Notes: generated by a model not told the origin, from the letters alone. A DNA stretch of 64,000 nt from Gammaproteobacteria bacterium (GCA_947480335.1 CANKCB010000005.1:8018-72017), one strand, 5' to 3'. Positions 45,631 to 56,690 are shown, numbered from the stretch's first letter. Numbers and translations are program-made.

Positions 45631-45974
45631 GCTTATGATGGTATGTCTAATGAAACACAACTACGGGATATGAAAGGACTGGGTCCAAAATCCTGTGAAA
45701 TGCTGACTGAGGCTTTGGAAATCTTGCGCCCCAGTTCTGCTGCCTCGAACATTTCAATCTCCCCTGATAGTTAATTTCCGCAATGATGGGATAACAGCGG
45801 TCTCTGGTTTCAATCTACTCCAAGGGGGCGCAGTGTAGAAGCAGTTCCGGCTTAAAATAGCGGCTTAGCGACAGAATTCTGACGATTTTATGACATGGAT
45901 CAATTGTCCCTGTCTGTATCGCTGCTGGCGGTTAAAAGCCGGGGCGTTTGCAAGAACAACATGATTGGTGGCGA

Positions 45975-47420
45975 CTAACTGGCTGCAGTACCGCCGACGG
46001 TCAGATTATCGATGCGTATCGTTGGTTGACCCACACCGACCGGCACAGATTGTCCGTCCTTGCCACACACGCCGACGCCAGTATCCAGTTGCAGATCGTT
46101 ACCGACCATCGAAACGCGAGTCAGCACGTCCGGTCCATTGCCAATCAAGGTAGCACCGCGGATCGGCGCGGTGATTTTGCCATTTTCAATTAACCAGGCC
46201 GAGCTGGCACTGAAGACAAATTTGCCATTGGTAATATCAACCTGACCACCACCAAACTGGGTGGCGTAGATACCCTTGCTAACCGAGGCGATGATTTCAT
46301 TCGGGTCCATATTACCTGCCAGCATGTATGTGTTGGTCATGCGCGGCATGGGCAGGTGCGAGTAGGATTCCCTGCGTCCATTGCCGGTCGGTGACATGCC
46401 CATCAAGCGGGCGTTGTGCTTGTCCTGAATATAGTTTTTCAGTATGCCATTTTCAATCAGCGTGGTGCAGCGGGTTGGTGTACCTTCATCGTCAATCGAC
46501 AAGGAACCACGCCGTCCCGGCAAGGTGCCGTCATCGACAACAGTCACATGTTCGGTAGCAATACGTTCGCCGATGCGTCCTGAGAAAGCCGAGGTACCCT
46601 TGCGATTAAAATCACCTTCAAGCCCGTGGCCTATGGCTTCATGTAGCAAGATGCCTGGCCAACCTGGTCCGAGTACTACCGTGGTAGAACCTGCCGGCGC
46701 TGCAATCGCATCCAGATTGGTGACAGCCTGGGTGACTGCTTCATCGACAAAGTCGGACAGCAATTCATCGTTCATAAAATGATCATAACCGTAACGACCG
46801 CCGCCACCGGCGCTGCCACGTTCACGCTTGCCGTTTTGTTCAACCAGTACACTGATATTAAGCCGCACCAGCGGTCTGACATCGGCCGCATAGGTACCAT
46901 CTATACCGGCAATCAGTACCGTGGTGAATTCTCCCGACAAGGAAACATTGACCTGCTGCACGCGAGGATCTTTTTTACGTGCCATTGCATCCATTTTTTT
47001 CAGCAAGGCTACTTTCTGTTCTGAGGTAATCGAATCGATCGGGTCTACTGGTTGGTACAGCGCCACCGGGTTTTGTTGTTTCCAGGACTGCACACTGCCG
47101 GACTGACCACCACCGGCAATCGCACGTGCCGCCATGGCCGCGCTCGTCAATGCAGGCAGGATAATTTCGTCCGAGTAGGCAAAACCGGTTTTCTCACCAC
47201 TGATCGCACGTACACCCACACCCTGTTCAATATTGTGTGAGGCTTCCTTGATGATGCCTTCTTCAAGAGACCATGCCTCGGAGCGGGTAGATTCAAAATA
47301 CAGATCGGCCTGATCAATACTGCGTATCGATAATTGATCCAGTGTTTTTTGTAAGTCCGTGATCTCAAGGCCTACCGGGGTCAACAGATGTTGCTGTGCT
47401 ATTTGCAGATACTGATTCAT
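45975..47420 (-). CDS. tldD: Metalloprotease TldD
   Basis: 481 aa; TldD/PmbA family regions ([20 protein letters not shown]...[11 protein letters not shown]). Confidence 0.9.
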   Translation of the reverse strand: MNQYLQIAQQHLLTPVGLEITDLQKTLDQLSIRSIDQADLYFESTRSEAWSLEEGIIKEASHNIEQGVGVRAISGEKTGFAYSDEIILPALTSAAMAARAIAGGGQSGSVQSWKQQNPVALYQPVDPIDSITSEQKVALLKKMDAMARKKDPRVQQVNVSLSGEFTTVLIAGIDGTYAADVRPLVRLNISVLVEQNGKRERGSAGGGGRYGYDHFMNDELLSDFVDEAVTQAVTNLDAIAAPAGSTTVVLGPGWPGILLHEAIGHGLEGDFNRKGTSAFSGRIGERIATEHVTVVDDGTLPGRRGSLSIDDEGTPTRCTTLIENGILKNYIQDKHNARLMGMSPTGNGRRESYSHLPMPRMTNTYMLAGNMDPNEIIASVSKGIYATQFGGGQVDITNGKFVFSASSAWLIENGKITAPIRGATLIGNGPDVLTRVSMVGNDLQLDTGVGVCGKDGQSVPVGVGQPTIRIDNLTVGGTAAS

Positions 47421-47427
47421 AGAGTCT

Positions 47428-48240
47428 CTATAGTTTCCTGTGTTGTAGTGCCGGAAATGAATTTCGTAAAGCAGTCAGTTTTTCCAGATCCAGATCCGCG
47501 CAGGCAACCCCTGCGCCCTGTTCCACACTGGCCAGAACTTCACCCCAGGGATCAATGATCATGCTGTGGCCCCAGGTTTTGCGTTTGGCCGTATTTTGTC
47601 CACCCTGGTTCGATGCTATCACATAACAGAGGTTTTCAACTGCCCGGGCGCGGAGCAATAGTTCCCAGTGTCGTTGCCCTGTTGTCCAGGTAAAGGCCGA
47701 AGGCACAGTTATGATCGAAATACCCTGGTCCAGCATTTGACGATACAGCTCCGGGAATCGCAAATCATAACAGATCGACATGCCTATCTGTGCAAACGGT
47801 GTACTGGCCACAACCACCTTGTTACCCGGTGCAATGGTGGTTGATTCCTTGTAGGCTTCCTTGCCAGACGAATCTACCAACACATCAAACAGGTGAATCT
47901 TTTCATAACGGGCCACAACCTGACCATCCGGATTATAGAGCAAACTGCTGTTAAACACGCGAGTGGGGTCCCCACTGTCGAGTGGAATACTGCCCGCCAT
48001 CAACCAGAGTTTGTGTTGACTGGCCGCGGTGGCCAGCATGTGCTGAATTGGACCGTTACCAAACGTTTCCTTGCAGGCGAACTTGTCCCGTTCATTGTCA
48101 CTGATCAGCGGAAAATACTCTGGTAATACGGCCAGCGTCGCACCTTCACTTGCCGCCTGATGAATCAGGCGCGTGGCCGTTGCCAGATTTTCTGCCAGAT
48201 CCGGACCTGAAACCATCTGAATTGTTGCTACACGCGTCAT
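47428..48240 (-). CDS. Carbon-nitrogen hydrolase family protein (nitrilase superfamily)
   Basis: Catalytic-triad context (LPEYF... ; KIHLFD ; ICYDLRFPE); start probably MTRVATIQM; adjacent to tldD. Confidence 0.75.
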   Translation of the reverse strand: MTRVATIQMVSGPDLAENLATATRLIHQAASEGATLAVLPEYFPLISDNERDKFACKETFGNGPIQHMLATAASQHKLWLMAGSIPLDSGDPTRVFNSSLLYNPDGQVVARYEKIHLFDVLVDSSGKEAYKESTTIAPGNKVVVASTPFAQIGMSICYDLRFPELYRQMLDQGISIITVPSAFTWTTGQRHWELLLRARAVENLCYVIASNQGGQNTAKRKTWGHSMIIDPWGEVLASVEQGAGVACADLDLEKLTALRNSFPALQHRKL

Positions 48241-48349
48241 TTTGCCAGTATACGGTAAAGCCCGTATCCGTAGCACTGCCACTGTCCAGTTTGGCCATAT
48301 TCCCTTATACTTCTTTCATTTTTGCGACTGACATTAATATACGGACACT

Positions 48350-49528
48350 ATGAACGAAGATTTCCCAAGAATTTCGCGGTTACCGCCCTATGTATTCAGT
48401 ATCGTCAACGATCTGAAAATGCAGGAACGTCATCGTGGTGAGGACATAATTGATTTCGGGATGGGTAATCCCGACCAGCCGGCACCGAAACATGTGGTGG
48501 CCAAACTGATTGAAGCCTCACAGCGCGACGATGTACACCGTTATTCGGTCTCGCGTGGCATACCTCGCCTGCGCCGTGCGATCTGTAACTGGTACAAGTC
48601 AAAATACAATGTGGATCTGGATCCGGAAACCGAGGCAATTGTGACACTGGGATCAAAGGAAGGGCTTGCCCATCTAGCTATGGCGATTGTGGATCGTGGC
48701 GATGCGGTACTGGTACCCAATCCGTCCTATCCGATCCATCCTTATGGATTCATCCTCGCCGGCGCAGATGTGCGTCATGTACCCATCGGCCCGGGTGTTG
48801 ATTTCTTTGCTGAACTGGAAAGTGCTGTGAAAAACAGTTGGCCCAAACCTAAACTGTTATTGCTGAATTTTCCCAGTAACCCGACCACGCAATGTGTGGA
48901 TCTGGCCTTCTTTGAAAAAGTGATCGAGTTTGCCCGCGAACACCAGATCTGGATCGTACAGGATCTGGCTTATGCCGAAATTGTGTTTGATGGGTATGTC
49001 GCACCCTCGATTCTGCAGGTGCCTGGTGCGAAAGAAGTGGCTGTTGAATTCTATACACTGTCGAAGACCTACAATATGCCAGGCTGGCGAGTCGGCTTCA
49101 TGGTCGGCAATCCGGTGCTGGTAAAAGCACTGGCAAAATTAAAGTCGTATCTTGATTACGGTATGTTCACCCCGATACAGGTGGCTTCCATCCTTGCGCT
49201 GGAAGGACCTCAGGATTGTGTGGAGGAAATTCGCATGACCTATCAGAACCGACGTGATGTGTTGTGCGAAGGCTTAAATGCGGCCGGCTGGAAAGTGGAG
49301 AAGCCTCAGGGAACCATGTTTGTGTGGGCACCAATACCGGAGCCGTTTGTTGGCATGGGTTCGCTGGAGTTTTCCAAGCAGATGCTGTTGCAGGCAAAGG
49401 TCGCTGTTTCACCCGGAATTGGTTTTGGTGAGTACGGTGACAAGCATGTACGTTTTGGTCTGATTGAAAATGAACACCGCACCCGTCAGGCGGTGCGTGG
49501 CATACGGGCGATGATGAAGAAATCGTAA
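48350..49528 (+). CDS. alaC: Class I/II aminotransferase, AlaC (YfdZ)-like glutamate-pyruvate aminotransferase
   Basis: Near-collinear match to E. coli AlaC (ISRLPPYVF...[13 protein letters not shown]...[11 protein letters not shown]...[14 protein letters not shown]...HVRFGLIEN). Confidence 0.85.
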   Translation: MNEDFPRISRLPPYVFSIVNDLKMQERHRGEDIIDFGMGNPDQPAPKHVVAKLIEASQRDDVHRYSVSRGIPRLRRAICNWYKSKYNVDLDPETEAIVTLGSKEGLAHLAMAIVDRGDAVLVPNPSYPIHPYGFILAGADVRHVPIGPGVDFFAELESAVKNSWPKPKLLLLNFPSNPTTQCVDLAFFEKVIEFAREHQIWIVQDLAYAEIVFDGYVAPSILQVPGAKEVAVEFYTLSKTYNMPGWRVGFMVGNPVLVKALAKLKSYLDYGMFTPIQVASILALEGPQDCVEEIRMTYQNRRDVLCEGLNAAGWKVEKPQGTMFVWAPIPEPFVGMGSLEFSKQMLLQAKVAVSPGIGFGEYGDKHVRFGLIENEHRTRQAVRGIRAMMKKS

Positions 49529-49553
49529 GGTGTGAAGTGACAGGTGTGAGGAG
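49529..49553 (+). repeat. Degenerate GTGAGG-type heptamer copy directly after the alaC stop
   Basis: GGTGTGAAGTGACAGGTGTGAGGAGT. Confidence 0.5.
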
Positions 49554-49695
49554 TTTGACCACGTCATTCCAGTAACAGCAAGTATCCAGTTGAATTAAAC
49601 TCGCTGATAGCAAGCCTTGATGTCATCTGACAGGTGATTTTACTTTACTGGCTTCCTGCTTTTGCAGGAGTGACGAATAAGGAGCAATAATAAAG

Positions 49696-51006
49696 ATGAA
49701 ACCAGTAAAAATCGGATTATTAGGTCTGGGTACCGTCGGTGGTGGCACAGTCAGTGTCTTGACACGCAATGCCGAAGAAATTGCCCGTCGTGCAGGTCGT
49801 GGCATTATCATCAGTCATGCGGCGGCCAAAGATTACAATCGTGGACTGAAAGGGCTCGACCAGATTGCCCGGATTACAGATGATGCCTACGGTGTAGTAA
49901 ATGATCCGGAAGTGGAAATCGTCGTTGAGCTGATTGGTGGTTACAAGCCGGCATTGGATCTGGTCATGACCGCGATTGCCAATGGCAAGCATGTGGTCAC
50001 CGCCAACAAGGCGTTGATTGCCACCCATGGAAATGAAATTTTTGCAGCGGCACAAAAGCAGGGCGTGACGGTGGCATTTGAGGCGGCGGTAGCCGGTGGC
50101 ATACCGATTATCAAGGCCTTGCGTGAAGGTTTGGCGGCAAATCAGATCGAATGGGCTGCCGGTATCATCAATGGTACCAGTAACTTTATTCTGACCGAGA
50201 TGAAGGATAAGGGTCGGGATTTCGATGATGTGCTCAAGGAAGCACAGGCACGTGGCTATGCTGAGGCCGATCCGACGTTTGATATTGAAGGCGTTGATGC
50301 GGCACACAAGCTGACTATTCTGGCCTCAATTGCGTTTGGTATACCTTTGCAGTTTGACAAGGTATACAAGGAAGGCATCACCGCGATTGAGCGACAGGAT
50401 GTGTCCTATGCAGCCGAGCTCGGCTACAACATCAAATTGCTGGGCATCACCCGCAAGACCGCCAACGGAATTGAATTACGTGTGCATCCTACATTGATCC
50501 CGGAACACCGCTTGATTGCGAATGTGGATGGTGTGATGAATGCAGTACTGGTCAAGGGCGATGCGGTCGGACCGACACTCTATTATGGAGCGGGCGCGGG
50601 TGCTGAACCCACCGCATCTGCTGTGATTGCCGATATCATCGATGTGGTACGTGCTTTAACCACCGATCCGGGCAACCGTGTTCCTCATCTGGCGTTTCAG
50701 CCCAAGTCGATGTCAAACATTGCCATTCTGCCGATGGACGAAGTGCAGACCGGGTACTATCTGCGGGTACATGCGGTAGACAAGCCGGGCGTATTGTCGG
50801 ATGTGACAACCATACTGGGTGATCTCGGTATCAGTATCGAAGCGATTATCCAGAAACAGCCGGACGAAGATGCAACACTGGTCCCCGTTATCTTGTTGAC
50901 ACAGAAAGTGACAGAAAAAAACATGAACGAGGCCATACGCAAGATTGAGGCGCTCGATTCAGTCAGTGGCAAAGTGCGACGGATACGGGTTGAAACATTG
51001 GCGTGA
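49696..51006 (+). CDS. hom: Homoserine dehydrogenase
   Basis: MKPVKIGLLGLGTVGGGT NAD-binding N-terminus; C-terminal ACT domain; followed by thrC. Confidence 0.95.
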   Translation: MKPVKIGLLGLGTVGGGTVSVLTRNAEEIARRAGRGIIISHAAAKDYNRGLKGLDQIARITDDAYGVVNDPEVEIVVELIGGYKPALDLVMTAIANGKHVVTANKALIATHGNEIFAAAQKQGVTVAFEAAVAGGIPIIKALREGLAANQIEWAAGIINGTSNFILTEMKDKGRDFDDVLKEAQARGYAEADPTFDIEGVDAAHKLTILASIAFGIPLQFDKVYKEGITAIERQDVSYAAELGYNIKLLGITRKTANGIELRVHPTLIPEHRLIANVDGVMNAVLVKGDAVGPTLYYGAGAGAEPTASAVIADIIDVVRALTTDPGNRVPHLAFQPKSMSNIAILPMDEVQTGYYLRVHAVDKPGVLSDVTTILGDLGISIEAIIQKQPDEDATLVPVILLTQKVTEKNMNEAIRKIEALDSVSGKVRRIRVETLA

Positions 51007-51013
51007 TTTTAAG

Positions 51014-51086
51014 GAGTGAGGGGTGAGGCGTGAGGGGTGGAAGTAGATGTGAAGAGTGAGGAGTGAGGAGTGAGGGGTGAGGAGTA
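51014..51086 (+). repeat. Tandem heptamer array (GTGAGGR) about 10 units, beginning 8 nt after the hom stop
   Basis: GGAGTGAG GGGTGAG GCGTGAG GGGTGGA ... GTGAGGA GTGAGGA GTGAGGG GTGAGGA. Confidence 0.9.
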
Positions 51087-51134
51087 AAATTCGTCATGAC
51101 CGCAATTTAACAAAGAGCAACTGGCGACAAGATA

Positions 51135-52259
51135 ATGACTACACATTATAAAGGATTGATAGACCGGTACCGCAGCCGCTTGCCGGTGAAAAATGACACG
51201 CGCGTCATCACATTGCACGAAGGCAATACGCCGCTGATACCGTTGGAAAATATTCCCTCAATCCTGCGCAAGGACGTAAAAATCCTTGTGAAGTTTGAAG
51301 GGTTGAACCCGACAGGGTCTTTCAAGGATCGTGGTATGACCATGGCGGTAACGCAGGCGGTTTCGGAAGGATCAAAGGCCATCATCTGTGCGTCGACAGG
51401 TAATACGTCGGCGGCAGCCGCTGCCTATGCCAGCCGTGCCGGCATCCGTTGTTTCGTGCTGATACCTGATGGCAAGATTGCCCAGGGTAAACTGGCTCAA
51501 GCGATGATCAAGGGATCAGTGGTCATCCAGATACTGGGAAATTTTGATGATGGCATGCGACTGGTGAAGGAAGTCGGTGATTCGGCGCCGGTTACGATAG
51601 TCAACTCAATCAATCCTTACCGGATTCATGGACAGAAGACGATTGCATTCGAGATTATCGATGCACTTGGTCGCGCACCCGACTATCACTGTTTGCCGGT
51701 AGGTAATGCCGGCAATATTACCGCGCACTGGCTGGGATATTGTGAGTATGCAGGTATCGCCGCGTATGCAGACAGTTTCCAGACAGAGCAGGGGCCGTAC
51801 AACAAGGACAAGGTGACCACTAAAACCCCTATCATGTGTGGTTATCAGGCCAGTGGTTCAGCGCCGTTCCTGCGAGGGCATCCGATTGATAATCCTGAAA
51901 CGGTGGCCACAGCCATACGTATCGGCAATCCCCAATCCTGGGATCAAGCCTGGACTGCCAGCCGTGATTCAAAAGGCTGGTTTGATGAATTCACTGATGC
52001 CGAAATTCTGGCGACTCAGAAACTGCTGGCCGAGAAAGAAGGAATCTTCTGTGAACCGGCTTCTGCCATTTCAGTGGCTGGTGCGATGAAAGACATCCGC
52101 TCCGGCAAAATTCCGGAAGGCAGTACCGTCGTGTGTACGCTGACCGGGCACGGTTTGAAAGATCCGGACACGGCCATCAAGCAAAGCAGCTCACCGGTCA
52201 TCCGCGTTGAAGCAAATCTCGCGCAGGTGCAGAAGGCGATATTGGATAATCTCAAGTGA
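51135..52259 (+). CDS. thrC: Threonine synthase
   Basis: 374 aa; PLP-lysine context FEGLNPTGSFKDRGM. Confidence 0.95.
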   Translation: MTTHYKGLIDRYRSRLPVKNDTRVITLHEGNTPLIPLENIPSILRKDVKILVKFEGLNPTGSFKDRGMTMAVTQAVSEGSKAIICASTGNTSAAAAAYASRAGIRCFVLIPDGKIAQGKLAQAMIKGSVVIQILGNFDDGMRLVKEVGDSAPVTIVNSINPYRIHGQKTIAFEIIDALGRAPDYHCLPVGNAGNITAHWLGYCEYAGIAAYADSFQTEQGPYNKDKVTTKTPIMCGYQASGSAPFLRGHPIDNPETVATAIRIGNPQSWDQAWTASRDSKGWFDEFTDAEILATQKLLAEKEGIFCEPASAISVAGAMKDIRSGKIPEGSTVVCTLTGHGLKDPDTAIKQSSSPVIRVEANLAQVQKAILDNLK

Positions 52260-52279
52260 GCAGTGAGGGGTGAGCAGTA
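52258..52279 (+). repeat. Short GTGAGG-type heptamer copy overlapping the thrC stop
   Basis: GTGAGCAGTGAGGGGTGAGCAG. Confidence 0.6.
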
Positions 52280-52382
52280 GTATTACTGGATTAATAGGAC
52301 GAAAATGCAAAAATCATGAAATTATTTTTAGATTCAAATACTGGTATTGTTCGAATCAGTACATGAGCGTTATCACAGTTTA

Positions 52383-52406
52383 CCCCTCACTCTTCACGCC
52401 TCGCGC
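52383..52406. repeat. Inverted GTGAGG-type heptamer copy (CCCCTCACTCTTCACGCCTCGCG)
   Basis: Reverse complement of a GTGAGG-type unit array; lies just upstream of the probable start of the next gene. Confidence 0.6.
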
Positions 52407-52418
52407 TTAGTTCACTCC

Positions 52419-53444
52419 ATGCGCAATCTGACCCTGTTCATCCCCGGATTACTCGGGCCCGACACCTATTACTCAGACGATTTTTCCCCGAAGCTGGACG
52501 CAATCGAATCGCTGCTGGCACGTTCGAATCACACACAGCTGAATACACTTTCAATATTTCGGGCGTTGACAGATTTGTCACCTATCCCAGTTGATCCGTT
52601 ACAGGACGTTCCAGTTGCCGCTATTACCCGTCTGTTGGACGATAATGAACGGCCCCAGGGTGTGTGGATGCGTGCCGACCCGGTGCATCTGCGTCCTGAT
52701 CGTGACGGATTGATTCTGATGGATTCATTTATTCTGGGTCTCTCCCAGCATGATGCGCTGGCCATTGCGACCGAAGTAAACAAAGTGTTGTCGCATTATG
52801 GCTGGGTACTCGAAGTACCCTACGAGGATCGCTGGTATATCCGGATGGACAAGGCACCGGAACTGACTACCACAGAACTGCCCGCCATGATCAGCAAGGA
52901 CATCCGTCACCACTTGCCTCAAGGTAAGGATGCCGCGCTGTTTCATAATTTGCTTAATGAAATCCAGATGCAGTTGTTCGACTGTGATGTAAACCAGTTG
53001 CGAGAGAGCAAGGGTGAGTTGCCGGTAAACAGTGTGTGGTTCTGGGGACTGGGTAGCCTGCCCGAACATGTGCGTTGGGACTGGTCTGTGGTGTACAGTG
53101 ATGATGCTTTTGTACGTGGAATGGCCGCCCTGGCCGGCACGCCATGCCATGCTGTACCACCTGATTTTGACACCGTCTTTGCCAATACCCATGAGCAGGA
53201 AAACGTGCTGGTGGTATTGCAGCACTGTCAGGCCCCTGCGCAATACCAGAATATGATGTTATGGCATCAGGCGTTGGAGTTGCTGGAAAATGGCTGGTTT
53301 AAATCAATCCAGGAACATTTGCGCTGGCAGAAGTTACACAATGTGCATATCGTCACCGAAGGGCACCGGTTTAGCACCAGTTGGCTGGGCAAGAAACGGT
53401 TCTGGCGCAAACTCCAGTCTCCAGGCCATTACCGCAATACATGA
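52419..53444 (+). CDS. Conserved hypothetical protein (hom-thrC-X-recJ linked)
   Basis: ~341 aa from MRNLTLFIPGLLGP; no family confidently recognised; its stop overlaps the recJ start (ATGA). Confidence 0.5.
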   Translation: MRNLTLFIPGLLGPDTYYSDDFSPKLDAIESLLARSNHTQLNTLSIFRALTDLSPIPVDPLQDVPVAAITRLLDDNERPQGVWMRADPVHLRPDRDGLILMDSFILGLSQHDALAIATEVNKVLSHYGWVLEVPYEDRWYIRMDKAPELTTTELPAMISKDIRHHLPQGKDAALFHNLLNEIQMQLFDCDVNQLRESKGELPVNSVWFWGLGSLPEHVRWDWSVVYSDDAFVRGMAALAGTPCHAVPPDFDTVFANTHEQENVLVVLQHCQAPAQYQNMMLWHQALELLENGWFKSIQEHLRWQKLHNVHIVTEGHRFSTSWLGKKRFWRKLQSPGHYRNT

Positions 53445-55183
53445 ACGGCACAGGCAGGATCATCCGTCGGCGTTCCGGCAGTTCCGATATCATCTGGCCA
53501 GACCAGATGCATCCGGTTTTACGCCGTGTCTTTGGAGCAAGAAGTGTGGCAACCGCCAACGAGCTCGAATATGGACTGGGTCGATTGCACGGTTTTGACA
53601 GTCTGGAAAATATTTACAGCACCGCCGCCTTACTGGCAGACAGAATCGAGCAGCAAAAATATATACTTATCGTATCCGATTACGATGCCGATGGCGCCAC
53701 AGCCTGTGCGCTTGCCATACGCGGGTTGATCAGTATGGGTGCGGGACGAGTCGAGTATCTGGTTCCGGATCGTTTCAAGCATGGTTACGGACTGAGTCCA
53801 GCCGTGGTCGAGATGGCGATGGATCTGGGACCGGATGTGATTATCACGGTCGACAACGGCATTTCCAGTATAGAAGGAGTGGCGCTGGCACGTTCCAACG
53901 GAGTGGAAGTGATCATCACCGATCACCATCTGCCCGGTAAACGTTTGCCGGATGCCAATGCCATTGTGAATCCAAATCTTCCCGGTGACCGTTTCCCCAG
54001 CAAATGTATTGCTGGAGTAGGCGTAATGTTTTATGTGCTGGCTGCACTGCGTGCTGAATTGAAAAAACGGGACTGGTTTGCCCGGCGCAATCTGGCGGAA
54101 CCCAATCTGGCCGCGATGATGGATCTGGTTGCACTCGGTACCGTTGCTGACGTGGTAGCGCTGGATCATAACAACCGGATCATGGTCGCACACGGTTTGT
54201 CACTGATACGCAGTGGTCGTTGTATACCCGGTATACGGGCCTTGTTTGAAGTAGCGGGCAAGGAACTGAAAAATGTCTGCGCGACCGATATCGGTTTTGC
54301 CGCCGGGCCGAGATTGAACTCGGCAGGCAGACTGACTGATATGAGCCTGGGAATAGAGTGCCTGATCAGTAATGATTTCGAGGCCAGTTACAGTATGGCA
54401 AAGCAACTGGATACGCTGAACAAACAGCGTCGCGAAATCCAGGATGACATGCAGCAGCAGGCCTTGCAGGAAGTCAACCGTATGCATATTGCAATCGACC
54501 GTGACTTGCCGTCCGGCGTCTGTTTGTACAAGGCAAACTGGCATCAGGGTGTAATCGGGATACTGGCCTCCAAAATCAAGGACAGGTTGCAACGTCCGGT
54601 CATTGCGTTTGCACGCGATGAAGAAGGCTTGTTCAAGGGATCTGCACGATCGATTCCCGGTATACACATACGCGATGTGATCGATCGTATCGCCACGGAA
54701 CAGCCGGATTGGATAATAACCTTTGGCGGTCATGCGATGGCTGCCGGTTTGACGATACCCGAACAAGCTTATGGTGGATTTTCGCGCATGTTCGATCTGC
54801 TGGTAGCCGAGCTGATGCGTATCAATGGCTTTGATTCCGATATCTATTCAGACGGTGAGCTCAGTATGGAAGAGTTTACCCTTGAAGTGGCCGAACTGCT
54901 GCGCGATGCTGGTCCCTGGGGACAGGGTTTTCCTGAACCGGTATTCGATGGACGATTTGAAGTGGTGGACAAACGGATCGTGGGAGAAAACCATCTGAAA
55001 TTGAAAGTCCGTGCCGCCGGCGGCAAGCGTGAGATCGATGCGATCGCGTTTAATACAACCAACCGTTCCTGGCCTAAAGGGACAACGTTTATTCATGCCG
55101 CTTATCGACTCGACATCAACGAGTATATGGGCAGACGTACACCACAACTGATCGTTGAATATCTGGAGCCGGTGGTAATGTAA
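53441..55183 (+). CDS. recJ: Single-stranded-DNA-specific exonuclease RecJ
   Basis: DHH motifs (ILIVSDYDADGATA, ITDHH) and the DHHA1 domain; start at MNGTGRII (53441). Confidence 0.9.
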   Translation: MNGTGRIIRRRSGSSDIIWPDQMHPVLRRVFGARSVATANELEYGLGRLHGFDSLENIYSTAALLADRIEQQKYILIVSDYDADGATACALAIRGLISMGAGRVEYLVPDRFKHGYGLSPAVVEMAMDLGPDVIITVDNGISSIEGVALARSNGVEVIITDHHLPGKRLPDANAIVNPNLPGDRFPSKCIAGVGVMFYVLAALRAELKKRDWFARRNLAEPNLAAMMDLVALGTVADVVALDHNNRIMVAHGLSLIRSGRCIPGIRALFEVAGKELKNVCATDIGFAAGPRLNSAGRLTDMSLGIECLISNDFEASYSMAKQLDTLNKQRREIQDDMQQQALQEVNRMHIAIDRDLPSGVCLYKANWHQGVIGILASKIKDRLQRPVIAFARDEEGLFKGSARSIPGIHIRDVIDRIATEQPDWIITFGGHAMAAGLTIPEQAYGGFSRMFDLLVAELMRINGFDSDIYSDGELSMEEFTLEVAELLRDAGPWGQGFPEPVFDGRFEVVDKRIVGENHLKLKVRAAGGKREIDAIAFNTTNRSWPKGTTFIHAAYRLDINEYMGRRTPQLIVEYLEPVVM

Positions 55184-55295
55184 GGGCACAGCATGCTATG
55201 CCCCTACAATACCTACAGTCGTCATTATATTTCTGTATCGCCCTCCCGCCCTGTAGTAGAATTCGCCGCAACCTATTTGTTACTGGAATCAACTC

Positions 55296-56394
55296 ATGCT
55301 GGAAATTACCTCTGTCATTGCGCATATAAAGGATATCAAGGGAAGGACTGAAGCCCTGAGGAGGTATCTTTGAATACGATCTCAAATCGGAACGACTGGT
55401 AGAAGTCACTCGCGAACTGGAATTACCCAACGTCTGGGATGAACCGGAACGGGCACAGGCACTGGGCAAGGAAAGGGCCACGCTGGAAAAAATCGTCAAA
55501 ACCCTCACCGACCTGAACGCCGGTATCGAGGATGCCGAACAGCTGCTGGCAATGGCCAAAGAAGAAAACGATGCGGAAACGGTCGCTGGTGTCGATCGCG
55601 ATCTGGATCAACTGCAAAAGCATCTCGAAGATCTGGAATTTCGCCGCATGTTTTCCGGCGAGATGGACCCGAACAGCGCCTTTCTGGATATTCAGTCCGG
55701 CTCCGGTGGCACTGAAGCTCAGGATTGGGCGGAAATGTTGCTCCGCATGTACACCCGTTGGGGTGAAGCGCACGGCTTTGGCATCGAATTGGTCGAAGTC
55801 TCTCCGGGTGAGGTTGCCGGTATCAAGAGTGCGACCATCAAATATAACGGTGAGTATGCCTATGGCTGGCTGCGGACCGAAACCGGAGTGCATCGACTGG
55901 TGCGTAAATCCCCGTTTGATTCCGGTAATCGTCGTCATACCTCGTTTGCTTCAGTATTTGTGTCTCCGGAAATTGATGACGATATCAATATCGATATCAA
56001 TCCGGCCGACCTGCGTATTGATACCTATCGTGCCAGCGGTGCCGGTGGTCAGCACGTGAACAAAACCGATTCCGCCATCCGTATTACACATATCCCGAGC
56101 GGGATTGTGGTGCAATGTCAGTCGGATCGATCCCAACACAAGAATCGCGACAGCGCCCACAAGCAGTTACGTGCGAAGCTATATGAAATGGAAATGCAAA
56201 AGCGTATGGTCGCGCAGCAAAAACTGGAGGATACCAAGTCTGATATAGGCTGGGGTAGCCAGATCCGCTCGTATGTGCTCGACCAGTCGCGTATCAAGGA
56301 TTTACGCACCGGTATTGAAAACACCAATACCCAGTCGGTGCTGGACGGTAATCTCGACAAGTTTATGGAAGCGAGTTTGAAGGCGGGGTTATAG
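55296..56394 (+). CDS. prfB: Peptide chain release factor 2, with programmed +1 ribosomal frameshift at CTT TGA A (55368-55374)
   Basis: Frame-0 start [25 protein letters not shown] stops at TGA (55371-55373). The +1 frame continues [34 protein letters not shown]..., collinear with E. coli RF2. Internal SD-like AGGAGG lies 3 nt upstream of the shift site. SPF and GGQ motifs are present. Confidence 0.9.
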
Positions 56395-56395
56395 A

Positions 56396-56530
56396 GTGTG
56401 AGGGGTGAGGAGTAAGGGGTGAGGAGAGGAAGGTGAGGGGGGCGAGGAGAGGAAGGTGAGGGGTGAGGCGTGAGGGGAGAAGTGAGGAGTGAGGCGTGAG
56501 GGGAGAAGTGAGGAGTGAGGGGTGAGGAGT
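56396..56530 (+). repeat. Tandem heptamer array (GTGAGGR and variants), about 19 units, starting 2 nt after the prfB stop
   Basis: GTGTGAGGGGTGAGGAGTAAGGGGTGAGGAGAGGAAGGTGAGGGGGGCGAGG...GTGAGGCGTGAGGGGAGAAGTGAGGAGTGAGGGGTGAGGAGT. Confidence 0.9.
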
Positions 56531-56565
56531 CTGGAAGATAAGTTAGAGTCCACAAAAATTGAAAC

Positions 56566-56645
56566 CGTCATTCCCGCGAAGGCGGGAATCCAGTAGACTC
56601 AATCCTGTTCTCCTGTGGGTCACTTTCACCCGTAGGACGAAAGTG
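56566..56645. repeat. REP-like paired hairpins upstream of lysS (ATTCCCGC-GAAG-GCGGGAAT and CACTTTC-N10-GAAAGTG)
   Basis: A 15-nt core of the first hairpin recurs in inverted orientation at 63256-63270. Confidence 0.6.
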
Positions 56646-56690
56646 TTTATGCGATAATCCATTACATTAATCCAATATTAAAATTGAAAC

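Noticed and set aside
56118-56571. ORFs 56118..56555 (-) and 56389..56571 (-) encoding repetitive LTPHxSPLT peptides
   Set aside because: They are reading-frame artefacts of translating the GTGAGGR heptamer array on the opposite strand. They have no start context and overlap an intergenic repeat.
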